A stretch of 64,000 bases of DNA from an uncultured Bacteroides sp. (GTDB taxonomy: Bacteria > Bacillota > Clostridia > Oscillospirales > Acutalibacteraceae), in the NCBI GenBank assembly GCA_964535085.1, contig CAZHSE010000001.1, positions 230,956 through 294,955 of the forward strand. Reading direction: 5' to 3'. Of this stretch, positions 44,953 to 55,547 are shown in pieces. The position numbers were made by a program, and so were the translations under genes. A model generated the notes under the pieces. That model was not told the origin of the DNA. It ran no database searches and saw only the letters and a list, made by a program, of their open reading frames with translations. Every line of letters begins with the position of its first letter. The first letter of the stretch is position 1.

Positions 44953-47063
44953 TATTTAAACCTCCTTAATCTTAATGCGTTTAAAACAACTGTTACCGAG
45001 CTTAAGCTCATACATGCGGCTGCTATCATGGGATTTAAGGTCCAACCGAAAATTCCGTAAAAGCACCCTGCAGCCAAAGGGATTCCCAGGCAGTTATAAA
45101 AGAATGCCCAGAAAAGGTTTTCTCTGATATTTTTCAGTGTCTTTTTAGAAAGTCTGATTGCTTTTGAAACGTCTGTCAGTCTGTCGGATACAAGCACAAT
45201 ATCAGCAGATTCAACTGCGATATCCGAGCCTGCTCCTATTGCAATTCCGACATTTGCACGTGTGAGGGCAGGGGAGTCGTTGATTCCGTCTCCTACCATT
45301 GCTACAGTTTTCCCGCTTTCAATAAGCTCTCTGACCTTTTCTTCCTTTTCCTGAGGCATTGCCGAGGCAATAAAGCTTTTGATACCTGCCTGCTGAGTTA
45401 TTGCGTATGCAGTAAGTTCGTTGTCTCCCGTAATCATAATTGTATCAGCGTGTATATTTTCAATAGCTTCTTTTGCATCATCTTTAATTTTATCAGCAAC
45501 TGCAACCGTAAACAGATATTCATTATCACAAGTGAAAATAATGGGCGTTTTACCCTCATAAGAATATTGATTGTCGCTGAATCCTGTCAGCTTTTCATTG
45601 CCTGCTTTATAGGTTTTACCGCCGATTTTTGCAACGATACCCTGACCGATAATATATTCGCCTTTTTCTAATTCGAGCAGCTTTGCTCCTTTTTCTTTAC
45701 AGAAACTGCAAATAGCATCAGATAAAGGATGGTCGGATATATTTTCAACAGTATAGGCAATGTCAAGATAATTTATATCGGTTATATCGGTGACATACAT
45801 TTTGCCCTGAGTAATTGTACCTGTTTTATCAAATACAATTGTATCGCATTTGCCGAGATTTTCAAGCGCGGAAGCGTCTTTAAAAAGAATACCGTTTTCT
45901 GCACCTTTTCCCGTTCCTATCATAATGGCACAGGGAGTTGCAAGACCCAAAGCACAGGGACAGCTTATGACAAGCACGGCAACACCGACCGAAAAAGCAA
46001 ATTCAAAACCTTTGCCCAGAATAAGCCATACAACAAAAGCAATAACTGCAATAATAATTACAACGGGAACAAATATTGACGCTACTTTGTCGGCAAGTCT
46101 CTGAGCAGGAGCTTTTGAAGAAGATGCCTCTTCAACAAGAGCAATTATCCTTGAAAGCGTTGAGTCCTCACCAACAGCAGTAGCTTTAAAAATAACATTT
46201 CCGTTTTTATTGACAGTACCGCTGACAACTTTATCACCGGCTGACAGGTCAACAGGTACGCTTTCACCTGTAACTGCACTTTGGTCAACAGAACAGCTGC
46301 CCTCGGTAATTATTCCGTCAACAGGTATTCTCATACCCGGTTTAATAACCACAAGGTCGTTTTCCTGAATGAGCGAAGATTCAATTTCGGTTTCTTCACC
46401 GTCTTTCAGGACTATGCTTTTTTCAGGGACTAAATCAATCAAAGCATTTACGGCGCCTTTTGTTTTGCCTTTGCTTATTGCTTCAAGGGTTTTTCCCACG
46501 GTAATTAAAGTCAGAATCATACCTGCCGATTCAAAATAATAGTGGCTGTGAGGAAAAAATATCAGAGTTGCAAGACTGTATATAAAGGATGCACCTGAAC
46601 CGACTGCGATAAGGCTGTCCATATTCGGATTGAATTTTATCAAAGATTTAAAGCCGTTAGAAAAAAACTTTCTGTTTATTACCATAATGGGTATTACAAA
46701 AATCAGCTGACCTATTCCGTTTGGTATATGCTCACCTAAAACCCAGGGCAGACTGTAATTAAGCATATGCGCCATTGAAAGATACATTAACGGAATCAGA
46801 AAGATAATTGATAAAATTACTCTTCTCTTCATTTCATTAATCTCTTCGGAATTATCGGCTTTTTTCAGTTTAAAGGGTTCACAGCCGTATCCTGCAGCTT
46901 TAACGGCATTTATGATTTCCTCCGTATCACAGGAGTATTCAGCTGTCATTGTACCTGCAAGCAGATTAACATTAACGCCTTCGGAAATAGGTGAAACAGC
47001 CTTTTCTACTCTTGCAGAGCAGGCGGCACAGCTCATTCCAGTAACATAAAATTTTTGTTTCAT
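44952..47063 (-). CDS. copA: Copper-translocating P1B-type ATPase
   Basis: GMSCAAC, TGES, CPC, DKTGT, GDGINDSPAL, YN and MSLSS motifs. Confidence 0.95.
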   Translation of the reverse strand: MKQKFYVTGMSCAACSARVEKAVSPISEGVNVNLLAGTMTAEYSCDTEEIINAVKAAGYGCEPFKLKKADNSEEINEMKRRVILSIIFLIPLMYLSMAHMLNYSLPWVLGEHIPNGIGQLIFVIPIMVINRKFFSNGFKSLIKFNPNMDSLIAVGSGASFIYSLATLIFFPHSHYYFESAGMILTLITVGKTLEAISKGKTKGAVNALIDLVPEKSIVLKDGEETEIESSLIQENDLVVIKPGMRIPVDGIITEGSCSVDQSAVTGESVPVDLSAGDKVVSGTVNKNGNVIFKATAVGEDSTLSRIIALVEEASSSKAPAQRLADKVASIFVPVVIIIAVIAFVVWLILGKGFEFAFSVGVAVLVISCPCALGLATPCAIMIGTGKGAENGILFKDASALENLGKCDTIVFDKTGTITQGKMYVTDITDINYLDIAYTVENISDHPLSDAICSFCKEKGAKLLELEKGEYIIGQGIVAKIGGKTYKAGNEKLTGFSDNQYSYEGKTPIIFTCDNEYLFTVAVADKIKDDAKEAIENIHADTIMITGDNELTAYAITQQAGIKSFIASAMPQEKEEKVRELIESGKTVAMVGDGINDSPALTRANVGIAIGAGSDIAVESADIVLVSDRLTDVSKAIRLSKKTLKNIRENLFWAFFYNCLGIPLAAGCFYGIFGWTLNPMIAAACMSLSSVTVVLNALRLRRFK

Positions 47064-47081
47064 ATATCAACCTCTTGTTTG

Positions 47082-47378
47082 TTATTTCATAAGTTTTTGC
47101 AGTGTGGCAAGTAAGTCGTCAACAGTTTCTTCTTTGCCTGCCTTAATATCTTCTGCAACGCAGGTCTTTATATGCGTTGAAAGCAGTTCTTTATTGAAAG
47201 AGTTAAGGGCGGCGTTTGCGGCGGCCACCTGTGTTATTATGTCTGTGCAGTAGGCATCCTGCTCCACCATCTTTTTAATCCCTCTAATCTGACCTTCGAT
47301 TCTGCTGAGCCTGTTTATAAGTGCTTTATGCTCTTCGGGTGTTCTTTCCTTCTTTTTATGGCAACAATTATTTTCCAT
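47082..47378 (-). CDS. csoR: Copper-sensing repressor CsoR
   Basis: RLSRIEGQIRGI, YC.DII.Q and HIKTCV motifs. Confidence 0.92.
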   Translation of the reverse strand: MENNCCHKKKERTPEEHKALINRLSRIEGQIRGIKKMVEQDAYCTDIITQVAAANAALNSFNKELLSTHIKTCVAEDIKAGKEETVDDLLATLQKLMK

Positions 47379-47390
47379 TGTATCGCTCCT

Positions 47391-47438
47391 TATACCCTGT
47401 ATGGGTATATTATATACCTATATGGGGTATATGTCAAT
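47391..47438 (-). promoter_or_regulatory. csoR-copAZ promoter with two CsoR operator palindromes
   Basis: tataccc-tgtat-gggtata (47391-409) and tatacc-tatatgg-ggtata (47413-431); minus-strand TTGACA-17-TATAAT. Confidence 0.88.
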
Positions 47439-47530
47439 TGTTATTTATTTCATTCTTACAAATTTGTAATGGAAAGAGTATGTATTTTATGTTATTATTC
47501 ATTGTATATAATATTTAATTTGGTGATAAT

Positions 47531-48214
47531 ATGGATATTTTTGTTTTAGAGGATGTTGACGCTATAGGTATCGGAATAACTTATTCCCTTGAAAATGAAG
47601 GATATACGGTTACTCTCGCAAAAACCGTTGAGGAAGCCTATAAAATTATTAACGAGAAAACATTTTCTCTCTATATTCTTGATCTGACCTTGCCCGACGG
47701 CAGCGGTTATGACGTATGCAAAAGGATAAAGGAGCAGGGAGATTTACCTGTGATTTTTCTTACAGCATATGATGATGAGGTCAATGTGGTAATGGGCTTT
47801 GAGCTTGGTGCCGATGATTACATTTCAAAGCCTTTCAGAGTTAAGGAGCTTTTACTGAGGATTAAAAGTGTTCTCAGGCGTTACAGCAAGGATTCTGTTG
47901 ACGGAATTATTAAAATTAAAAATCTTTCTATCAATACTAATGAAGCAAAGGTTTACAAAAACGGTGAAGAAATAATACTTACTGCTATGGAATACAGGCT
48001 TTTGCTGATACTTCTTAATAACAGAGGTATAGTTCTGACGAGAAATCAATTGCTTGAAAATATTTGGGACATTGACGGAGACTTTGTCGAGGATAACACT
48101 TTGACAGTCTATATTAAAAGACTGAGAGATAAAATTGAGGAGGATCCCGCAAAGCCTGTTTTTATTAAAACAGTCAGAGGTGTGGGGTATGTGATTGAAA
48201 ATGATGAACAGTAG
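47531..48214 (+). CDS. OmpR/PhoB family response regulator
   Basis: ILDLTLPDG, FLTA, GADDYISKPF, LTVYIKRLR and TVRGVGY motifs. Confidence 0.95.
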   Translation: MDIFVLEDVDAIGIGITYSLENEGYTVTLAKTVEEAYKIINEKTFSLYILDLTLPDGSGYDVCKRIKEQGDLPVIFLTAYDDEVNVVMGFELGADDYISKPFRVKELLLRIKSVLRRYSKDSVDGIIKIKNLSINTNEAKVYKNGEEIILTAMEYRLLLILLNNRGIVLTRNQLLENIWDIDGDFVEDNTLTVYIKRLRDKIEEDPAKPVFIKTVRGVGYVIENDEQ

Positions 48215-49196
48215 TAATGTAAAAAAAATAATTATCTCAGGTGTGGTATTGACTTTGATAAGTGCAGCTATCTGCCTGTTTATCAATCCTGTATGTGCCG
48301 TTGTTTGTCTTGTATGCGGAGGCTTGCAGGTTTGCTTATTTTACTTTTTCACCTTAAACAGATATAAAGAAATTAACGAGCTTAATAATTATCTTTCGAT
48401 TGTTTGCACAGGAAATTTTGACCTTGATATAGACAGCAATTCAGAAGGCGAGCTTTCTATACTTAAAAATAATCTGTATAAGGTTATTGTTCTTTTAAGA
48501 ACCCAGAATGAGCAGTTAATAAAAGAAAGACGGTATCTTTCCGATTCTCTTACAGATATTTCGCATCAGCTGAAGACACCATTGACCTCAATGATGGTTA
48601 TGACTGATTTAATCAAAGAGGACGTCAGCAAGGATAAGCAGAAGGAATTTATTTCAATAATAGAAAATCAGCTTGATAAAATGAAATGGCTTATTACAAA
48701 TTTGCTGAAGCTTTCCAAGCTTGATGCAGGAACGGCGGAATTTAAAATTGAAAATGTATCTGCAAAGAATGTTATTGATGATAGTATAAAGCCGTTTCTT
48801 GTTATTATGGAGCTTAAGGGAATTACCCTTAACAATCTTTCAGAAGATTTTATCTTTAAGGGTGACCGAAACTGGACTGACGAAGCTGTTTCAAATGTAA
48901 TTAAAAACTGCATTGAACATACAAAAAAGGGCGGAGAAATAACAATCTTCACCCAAAGTACGAATATATATGATTCTATATTTATTAAAGATAACGGATG
49001 CGGTATCTCCAAGGAAGAACTGCCTCATATTTTTGAAAGATTTTATCACGGTAAGAATTCCTCAAGCGACAGCGTCGGAATCGGTCTTGCTCTTGCAAAG
49101 ACAGTAATGGAAAAGGAAAAGGGAACAATCCTTATAAAAAGCATGGAAAATATCGGTACAGAGTTTGAAATGAGATTCTATAGATATATAGTTTAA
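48201..49196 (+). CDS. Sensor histidine kinase (intramembrane-sensing type)
   Basis: Two adjacent TMs; DISHQLKTP; N, G1 and G2 boxes. Confidence 0.92.
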   Translation: MMNSSNVKKIIISGVVLTLISAAICLFINPVCAVVCLVCGGLQVCLFYFFTLNRYKEINELNNYLSIVCTGNFDLDIDSNSEGELSILKNNLYKVIVLLRTQNEQLIKERRYLSDSLTDISHQLKTPLTSMMVMTDLIKEDVSKDKQKEFISIIENQLDKMKWLITNLLKLSKLDAGTAEFKIENVSAKNVIDDSIKPFLVIMELKGITLNNLSEDFIFKGDRNWTDEAVSNVIKNCIEHTKKGGEITIFTQSTNIYDSIFIKDNGCGISKEELPHIFERFYHGKNSSSDSVGIGLALAKTVMEKEKGTILIKSMENIGTEFEMRFYRYIV

Positions 49197-49211
49197 TTGA
49201 ATATTACTAAA

Positions 49212-49256
49212 CTGTAATATTTCTGTCACGGTAGTGTAAGTTTAAAATAATACGAT
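49212..49256 (+). promoter_or_regulatory. OmpR-type direct repeats and -10 upstream of ABC operon
   Basis: TGTAAT / TGTCAC / TGTAAG at 11-bp period (49213, 49224, 49235); TACGAT at 49251-56; no canonical -35. Confidence 0.65.
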
Positions 49257-49280
49257 ATAGTCACGAAAGGAGATAACAAT

Positions 49281-49964
49281 ATGAAAATTCTTGAGGTAAA
49301 AAATTTATCAAAAACATACGGAAAGGGAGACACTCTTGTTAAAGCTCTTGATAATGTTTCATTATCCGTTGAACAGGGTGAATTCGTGGCTATCATCGGA
49401 CCGTCTGGTTCAGGTAAATCAACATTGCTTCATATATTAGGCGGCGTTGATGTTCCTACAAGCGGACAGGTAATCATTAATGATACCGATATTTCCACCC
49501 TTGATGAAACGGCGCTTGCTATTTTCAGACGCAGACAGATAGGTCTTATTTATCAGTTTTATAATCTGATTCCTATTTTGACTGTTGAAGAAAATCTTAC
49601 TCTTCCCCTTCTTCTTGACGGCAGAAAGCCCGATGAAAGAGTTACTAAAAATCTTGTGGAAAAGCTTGGACTTTCACAAAGGCTCAATCATCTTCCGAGT
49701 CAGCTTTCAGGCGGTCAGCAGCAGAGGGTTTCAATCGGCAGAGCACTTATAAATAACCCTGCACTTATGCTTGCAGATGAGCCGACGGGTAATCTTGACA
49801 GCGAAAACAGCCGAGAGATAGTTGCACTTTTAAGACACTTCAATAAAGAGTACAAGCAGACAGTCATCATCATTACTCACGATGAGAAAATCGCAATGTC
49901 CGCAGACAGAATTATTTCTATTGAGGACGGAAAAATTACAAGAGATGAGGTGAGTATGGGTTGA
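49281..49964 (+). CDS. ABC ATP-binding protein (LolD/MacB type)
   Basis: GPSGSGKS, LSGGQQQR and ADEPTGNLD motifs. Confidence 0.95.
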   Translation: MKILEVKNLSKTYGKGDTLVKALDNVSLSVEQGEFVAIIGPSGSGKSTLLHILGGVDVPTSGQVIINDTDISTLDETALAIFRRRQIGLIYQFYNLIPILTVEENLTLPLLLDGRKPDERVTKNLVEKLGLSQRLNHLPSQLSGGQQQRVSIGRALINNPALMLADEPTGNLDSENSREIVALLRHFNKEYKQTVIIITHDEKIAMSADRIISIEDGKITRDEVSMG

Positions 49965-52522
49965 ACATCGTTAATAAATTAACCCTGCGCCACCTTAAAG
50001 AAAATAAAAGCAGAACGGTTGTTACTACACTCGGTATCTGCGTTTCGGTTGCAATGATTACAGCTGTATTTGTGGCAATGGCATCATTTCTTAACCTTTT
50101 CGGTGAGATAAGTATTATCGGAAGCGGTGATTATCACGCACAGTTTTATGATATCACGCAGGAGCAGTTAAATCATTTAAAAGAAGATGAAAGAATTAGA
50201 GAAACGGGAATTTATATCACACCTGAAAATTCTTCAATTACTCTTAAGGACAGAAAAACAGACAGGTTGGGTACCTGTGAAATTCTCATCGGTGACGAAG
50301 TATACCTGAAGCAGATGCTTACATCTGAGTGTGACGGTATTATGCCTCGAAACGAAACGGAGGTCGCCGTTGAGCAAAGTCTTCTTGATAAAAATGATCT
50401 TGACCTTAAAGTCGGCGACAAAATAACTTTTTCTCAGGGTATAAGATACATTAGTGAAAACGGGGATAATTTAACCGTATCAGGAGATTATTATTATCCT
50501 GAAGAAGAATTTCTTGCCGATGAATACAAGGAATATACTATAACTGCTATTCTTCACGATAATCCCGCAACTGCTTTTACTGATGTGTTCAGAGGTATGA
50601 GCGAAGAAGAAAAATCAGGAGTTGTCAGTGCAGCAATTCAGCTCAGCGACCTTAATTATAAGTCACTTGATACAGTTAAAAAAATTATCAAGGACTACAA
50701 AATTTCCGATTATAAAATTAATACCGACTATCTTCAAACAGTCCTTGCAATAGATGAGGACAGTGATATTGCCATATCTCTTATACCTATGGCAGGCATT
50801 ATTCTTATGATTATTATGATTGCATCGGTAGTTCTTATCTACAATGCCTTCGGTATGTCTCTTTCAGAGAGAATAAGATATCTTGGCATGCTTGCTTCTG
50901 TAGGTGCAACAAGAAAGCAAAAGAAAATGTCAGTCTACTATGAGGGCATAATTTTAGGCTGTGTCGGAATACCTGTGGGAATTATTTCCGGAATAATAGG
51001 TATAGGGATTACACTTAAATCGATTGGAAATAAAATCATTTCAACAGGTATGATAAACGGTGTTTCCGACAGTAATATGGAAATGAAAACGGTAGTTCCT
51101 CTCTGGGCAATTATCGGCATTGTACTGATAAGTATTTTAACAATTTTCATCTCTTGCTTTGTGCCATCCAGAAAGGCTTCAAAAATCACCCCTATTGACG
51201 CTATCAGACAAAGAAACGAGATTAAAGTTAAGGCTAAAAAGCTGAAATCACCTAAGATTATACGTAAAGTTTTCGGTTATGAAGGCGAGCTTGCTTATAA
51301 AAACTTAAAGAGAAACGGCAGAAAATCCAGAGTAATAACTACCTCAATAGCCCTTTCAATTATTTTGTTTTTATGCTGTAATTATTTCTGCTCAATGCTT
51401 ACCCAGGCAAATTCCCTTGAAATGGATATCCCTTATCAGGTGCAGGTAATGGTGGCAAGCAGCGATGTGGAAAAGTTTGAGAAAGATATAAAAAATATTA
51501 ACGGTATCGATAAATATTACACTGTTAATAAACAATATATTTATTGCGGCGGAAATGACAGCAATGTCGAGAAAAATTTTGAAAATTCCGAATATCTTAC
51601 GCAGGCTTACAAAAAGCTGTTCAGCTCCTCAATCAGCTTATATATCAATTCAATTGATGACAGTGATTTTAACGAAATCTGTAAAATAAACGGCATTGAT
51701 TATAATCAGTTTTACGGAGATAATTTAAAATGCCTTCTTCTTAATGACATAAGCCATAAAGGCTCGGGTAAAAAGGTATTTAATGATAAAATCATCGGTC
51801 AGCATATTATGTCAAATGATTCATACGGAGAGCCTTTCAATTATGAAATTGCAGGACTTGTAAATTATGATAAGGATAACTATGTTTGTCATCTTTCACA
51901 GAAAAATAATCTTGCTGTCTATATTCCTGTAAGTCAATATGAAAAAGAAAAAATGGCAGAGGTTGGAACCAGTGAGATAAGTCGATTGATCGGAATTGAG
52001 ACTGAAAAGCACACTGAGGTTGCAGAAGAGATTTCAAAGCTGTTTGAAGAAAATGAATACCGCGATACCTATGTCAGTGACTATGTAGAATTACTGCAAA
52101 CTATGGATACCCTCGTATTTGTTATTGAGGTATTTGTTTACGGCTTTATCGCTTTAATAAGCCTTATTACAATAGCTAATATAGTAAATACTATCTCAAC
52201 AAATATTCAGCTTCGAAGAAAAGAATTTGCAATGCTGAAATCTGTTGGTACGACCCCCAATGGATTCAGAAAGATAACAAGCCTTGAAAGTTTATTCTAC
52301 GGAATAAAGGCTGTAATTTTCGGAATACCAATAAGCGTGGTTATCAGTATAATTATGAACAAGACAATGTCATCAACAGCGATACCGTTTATCTGTGACT
52401 GGAAATTGTATCTGATTGTAATTGCAGTTGTATTTTTTGTTATCGGAATTACAATGCTGTTTTCGGTATCAAAGCTGAAGGATGACTCAATAGTAGAAAC
52501 GCTGAAAGAAGAAATTAACTAA
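49961..52522 (+). CDS. FtsX/MacB-like ABC permease
   Basis: Duplicated TM clusters with large extracellular domains; SERIRYLGMLASVGAT and RRKEFAMLKSVG motifs. Confidence 0.9.
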   Translation: MNIVNKLTLRHLKENKSRTVVTTLGICVSVAMITAVFVAMASFLNLFGEISIIGSGDYHAQFYDITQEQLNHLKEDERIRETGIYITPENSSITLKDRKTDRLGTCEILIGDEVYLKQMLTSECDGIMPRNETEVAVEQSLLDKNDLDLKVGDKITFSQGIRYISENGDNLTVSGDYYYPEEEFLADEYKEYTITAILHDNPATAFTDVFRGMSEEEKSGVVSAAIQLSDLNYKSLDTVKKIIKDYKISDYKINTDYLQTVLAIDEDSDIAISLIPMAGIILMIIMIASVVLIYNAFGMSLSERIRYLGMLASVGATRKQKKMSVYYEGIILGCVGIPVGIISGIIGIGITLKSIGNKIISTGMINGVSDSNMEMKTVVPLWAIIGIVLISILTIFISCFVPSRKASKITPIDAIRQRNEIKVKAKKLKSPKIIRKVFGYEGELAYKNLKRNGRKSRVITTSIALSIILFLCCNYFCSMLTQANSLEMDIPYQVQVMVASSDVEKFEKDIKNINGIDKYYTVNKQYIYCGGNDSNVEKNFENSEYLTQAYKKLFSSSISLYINSIDDSDFNEICKINGIDYNQFYGDNLKCLLLNDISHKGSGKKVFNDKIIGQHIMSNDSYGEPFNYEIAGLVNYDKDNYVCHLSQKNNLAVYIPVSQYEKEKMAEVGTSEISRLIGIETEKHTEVAEEISKLFEENEYRDTYVSDYVELLQTMDTLVFVIEVFVYGFIALISLITIANIVNTISTNIQLRRKEFAMLKSVGTTPNGFRKITSLESLFYGIKAVIFGIPISVVISIIMNKTMSSTAIPFICDWKLYLIVIAVVFFVIGITMLFSVSKLKDDSIVETLKEEIN

Positions 52523-52525
52523 TTA

Positions 52526-52565
52526 AAAAATACTCCCTGCCTGAAATAAGGCAAGGAGTATTTTG
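52526..52565. terminator. Bidirectional terminator
   Basis: aaaaatactccctgcct-gaaata-aggcaaggagtattttt. Confidence 0.85.
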
Positions 52566-52569
52566 AATT

Positions 52570-53640
52570 TTAGAGCATGATAAGCTCTTTTGTGACTTTT
52601 GAAAGATTTTCTCTTCCTCTCGGTGAAAGATAAAGCAAATCTTCAATTCTTATTCCGAATTTATCAGGGATATAAATACCAGGTTCTATGGATGTAACAT
52701 TTCCGGTTTCAAAAGTATCAGTACTTTTCGGAGATGCATTGTATCCCTCGTGAATGTCAAGTCCAACGCCGTGCCCTAAACCATGTCTAAAATATTCAGC
52801 CATACCTTTTTCGTTCAGAACATCATATGATGCCTTGTAAACATTTGCGCATTTTACACCGTCTGCAAGTGCTTTTATTCCTGCTTTCTGAGCTTTTAAT
52901 ACAAGGTTGTAATATTCAATCATTTCGTCTGTTGCATGACCTACGGCAACGGTTCTTGTCATATCCGAGTGATACCCCTGATATGTTGCACCGAAATCGA
53001 ACAGTACAAAATCTCCCTCTTTAATTTTTCTTTCGTCGGGAACGCCGTGGGGCATTGAAGTGTGGGCTCCTGTCAGAAGTATTGTGCTGAAGCTAACGCC
53101 GTCTGAACCGTTTTTTGCCATAATGTAGTCAAACAGTGCCGCCAACTCTTTTTCTGTTTTGCCTGCCTTAACCTCGGGAAGAAGCTCTAAAAATGATTTC
53201 TCTGCAATATTGTTCGCATCTTTCATAAGGTCGATTTCCCAGAGCTCTTTTTTGTTTCTTAGGTTCATAATTTTATTGTCGATACCTATAAATTCAATAT
53301 CACTGAGAGCTTCCTTATAAGCGTTATATTTTGCAAGTGATATTGTTTCGTTTTCAAAAAGCAGCTTTTTTATATTGTTTTCATTGCAGATTTTTTTTAC
53401 TTCTTCGGTAAATCTGCTTTGAATTTCAATTACCTTAAGTCCCGTTTTTTTTGCGTGATAAGTGGCAGTTTCGGTATATCTTGAATCAACAATATGATAT
53501 CCTGTTCCTTTGCCTGTAATAATAACTGTGCCTTCGCTTGGTGAAAATCCGCAGACATAATGCATATTGCTTTCATTCAGAAGCAATACGGCATCGCATT
53601 TATTTTCATTTACTAAATTAGCAATTTTTTCCGTGTTCAT
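52570..53640 (-). CDS. Xaa-Pro aminopeptidase (M24B)
   Basis: SMPHG, FDFGA, YHSDMTRT, HGLGHGVGLDIHE, EPGIY and GIRIED motifs; start may be 53658. Confidence 0.93.
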   Translation of the reverse strand: MNTEKIANLVNENKCDAVLLLNESNMHYVCGFSPSEGTVIITGKGTGYHIVDSRYTETATYHAKKTGLKVIEIQSRFTEEVKKICNENNIKKLLFENETISLAKYNAYKEALSDIEFIGIDNKIMNLRNKKELWEIDLMKDANNIAEKSFLELLPEVKAGKTEKELAALFDYIMAKNGSDGVSFSTILLTGAHTSMPHGVPDERKIKEGDFVLFDFGATYQGYHSDMTRTVAVGHATDEMIEYYNLVLKAQKAGIKALADGVKCANVYKASYDVLNEKGMAEYFRHGLGHGVGLDIHEGYNASPKSTDTFETGNVTSIEPGIYIPDKFGIRIEDLLYLSPRGRENLSKVTKELIML

Positions 53641-53724
53641 AAAATCAATTCCTATCAATATTATAGGATTAATATATCACTGTGTAATATTCTTGTCAAT
53701 ACACAATATTTTATTGTTATATTA

Positions 53725-53757
53725 TTGACATTTCAAAAGTGATGTGATACTGTTTCA
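53725..53757 (+). promoter_or_regulatory. Promoter of the GH51 gene with a LacI-like palindrome
   Basis: TTGACA-17-TACTGT; tgatac-t-gtttca at 53745-57. Confidence 0.5.
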
Positions 53758-53781
53758 TTAAAAAAAGCAACGGAGCAGAAT

Positions 53782-55266
53782 ATGGAAAAATATTTAATAA
53801 ATCCCAATCAGAAAATAAGCAAAATCAATAAGGATATCTACGGAAATTTTTCAGAGCATCTCGGCAGATGTATATATGAGGGGATATATGTCGGCGAGGA
53901 TTCCGCCATTGAAAATATAAACGGTATGAGATGTGATGTTGTAAATGCTTTGAAGGAAATGGGACTTCCCGTTCTCAGATGGCCGGGAGGCTGTTTTGCC
54001 GATGAGTATCACTGGAAGGACGGTATCGGTCCTAAGGAGTCAAGAAAGAAAATGGTAAATACCCACTGGGGCGGTGTTGTTGAGGATAATTCCTTCGGTA
54101 CTCACGAATATTTTGAGCTTTGCCGTCAGCTTGGCTGTGATACATATATTAACGGAAATGTAGGCTCAGGCACTGTTGCCGAAATGAACGAGTGGGTTGA
54201 GTATATGACCTTTGACGGAGTTTCTCCGATGGCAGAGCTTCGCGAGAAAAACGGTCAAGAAAAGCCGTGGAAAATTAAATATTTCGGTGTAGGAAATGAA
54301 TCCTGGGGCTGCGGCGGAAATATGGATCCCGAATTTTACGGCTGTCTTTTTAAGCAGTACAATACCTATGTCAGAGATTATGATTCCGACAATAAAATAG
54401 CCAGAATTGCCTGCGGACCTAACGGGGATGATTACCACTGGACAAGGGAAGTAATGGACAAAGTCAAGCATAAGGCTCAGGGCATAGCTCTTCATTACTA
54501 TACTGTTCCGGGTGATTCATGGGAGCATAAAGGCTCTGCCACTGATTTTACAGCTGAGGAATATTATAAGACAATCTGTAAAGCCTTCAGGATTGAAGAA
54601 ATTATTAAAAATCATATTGCAGTAATGGACAGCGTAAATCCGCAAAAATGGGTGAATTTAATTGTTGACGAGTGGGGAACATGGTATGATGTTGAGCCGG
54701 GAACTAACCCCGGATTTCTCTATCAGCAGAACACTATGAGAGACGCTGTTGTTGCGGCTCTTACTTTAAATATATTCAACAAGCATTCAGACAGAATTAT
54801 GATGGCAAATATTGCTCAGGCGGTTAATGTATTGCAATCGGTAATTCTTACCGACGGTGCCGATATGCTTCTGACTCCTACTTATCATGTTTTCAAAATG
54901 TATAAGGACCATCAGGAGAATACTCTTTTAGGTTCATTTATAACTACCGGCACTGTTAATACTTCTGACGGAAAAATAAGCTGTCCTCAGCTTATTGAGT
55001 CGGCTTCTGTTGATGATAACGGTGTGATTTATTCAACAATTACTAATACATCCGACAGTAAAAAAGTTGAAATTAAATGTCAGATTGCTGATACTGAAGT
55101 AAACGAAATCAAGGCTGAAATACTCACAGGTGACATTCACGATAAAAATGATTTTGACAGTAAAAACAATGTCACCGTTAAAGAGTTTAACGACTTTAAA
55201 ATTTCTGCAGATGGTTTTACGGCAGTTCTTCCTCCCTGCAGTGTAGTTAAGTTTACGATAAAATAA
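53782..55266 (+). CDS. Alpha-L-arabinofuranosidase (GH51)
   Basis: [21 protein letters not shown] (acid/base), DEWGTW (nucleophile) and MANIAQ motifs. Confidence 0.95.
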   Translation: MEKYLINPNQKISKINKDIYGNFSEHLGRCIYEGIYVGEDSAIENINGMRCDVVNALKEMGLPVLRWPGGCFADEYHWKDGIGPKESRKKMVNTHWGGVVEDNSFGTHEYFELCRQLGCDTYINGNVGSGTVAEMNEWVEYMTFDGVSPMAELREKNGQEKPWKIKYFGVGNESWGCGGNMDPEFYGCLFKQYNTYVRDYDSDNKIARIACGPNGDDYHWTREVMDKVKHKAQGIALHYYTVPGDSWEHKGSATDFTAEEYYKTICKAFRIEEIIKNHIAVMDSVNPQKWVNLIVDEWGTWYDVEPGTNPGFLYQQNTMRDAVVAALTLNIFNKHSDRIMMANIAQAVNVLQSVILTDGADMLLTPTYHVFKMYKDHQENTLLGSFITTGTVNTSDGKISCPQLIESASVDDNGVIYSTITNTSDSKKVEIKCQIADTEVNEIKAEILTGDIHDKNDFDSKNNVTVKEFNDFKISADGFTAVLPPCSVVKFTIK

Positions 55267-55547
55267 TGAAGGAAACCTGTAAAAGATGTTTGCTTCTTAA
55301 ATCGGGAGAAGCAGATGTTTATAAAACAGTTAAAGATTTTATTGAAAATCTTGATTCTGAGCTTAAAGTTGACGAAAGTGAATATAAAGAAAGATTGTCA
55401 TTTTGTAAAAACTGCGATTATTTGTTATCGGGTATGTGCTTAAAATGCGGATGCTATGTTGAAATAAGGGCGGTTTTGAAAGAAAAATCCTGTCCCGATA
55501 CAAATGACATAAAATGGAAAGCTTTGTTTCATCAGGAGGAGAAGTAA
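55266..55547 (+). CDS. Small Cys-rich protein (DUF6171-like)
   Basis: CKRC, CKNC, CLKCGC and CP..KW pattern; TAATG coupling. Confidence 0.75.
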   Translation: MKETCKRCLLLKSGEADVYKTVKDFIENLDSELKVDESEYKERLSFCKNCDYLLSGMCLKCGCYVEIRAVLKEKSCPDTNDIKWKALFHQEEK

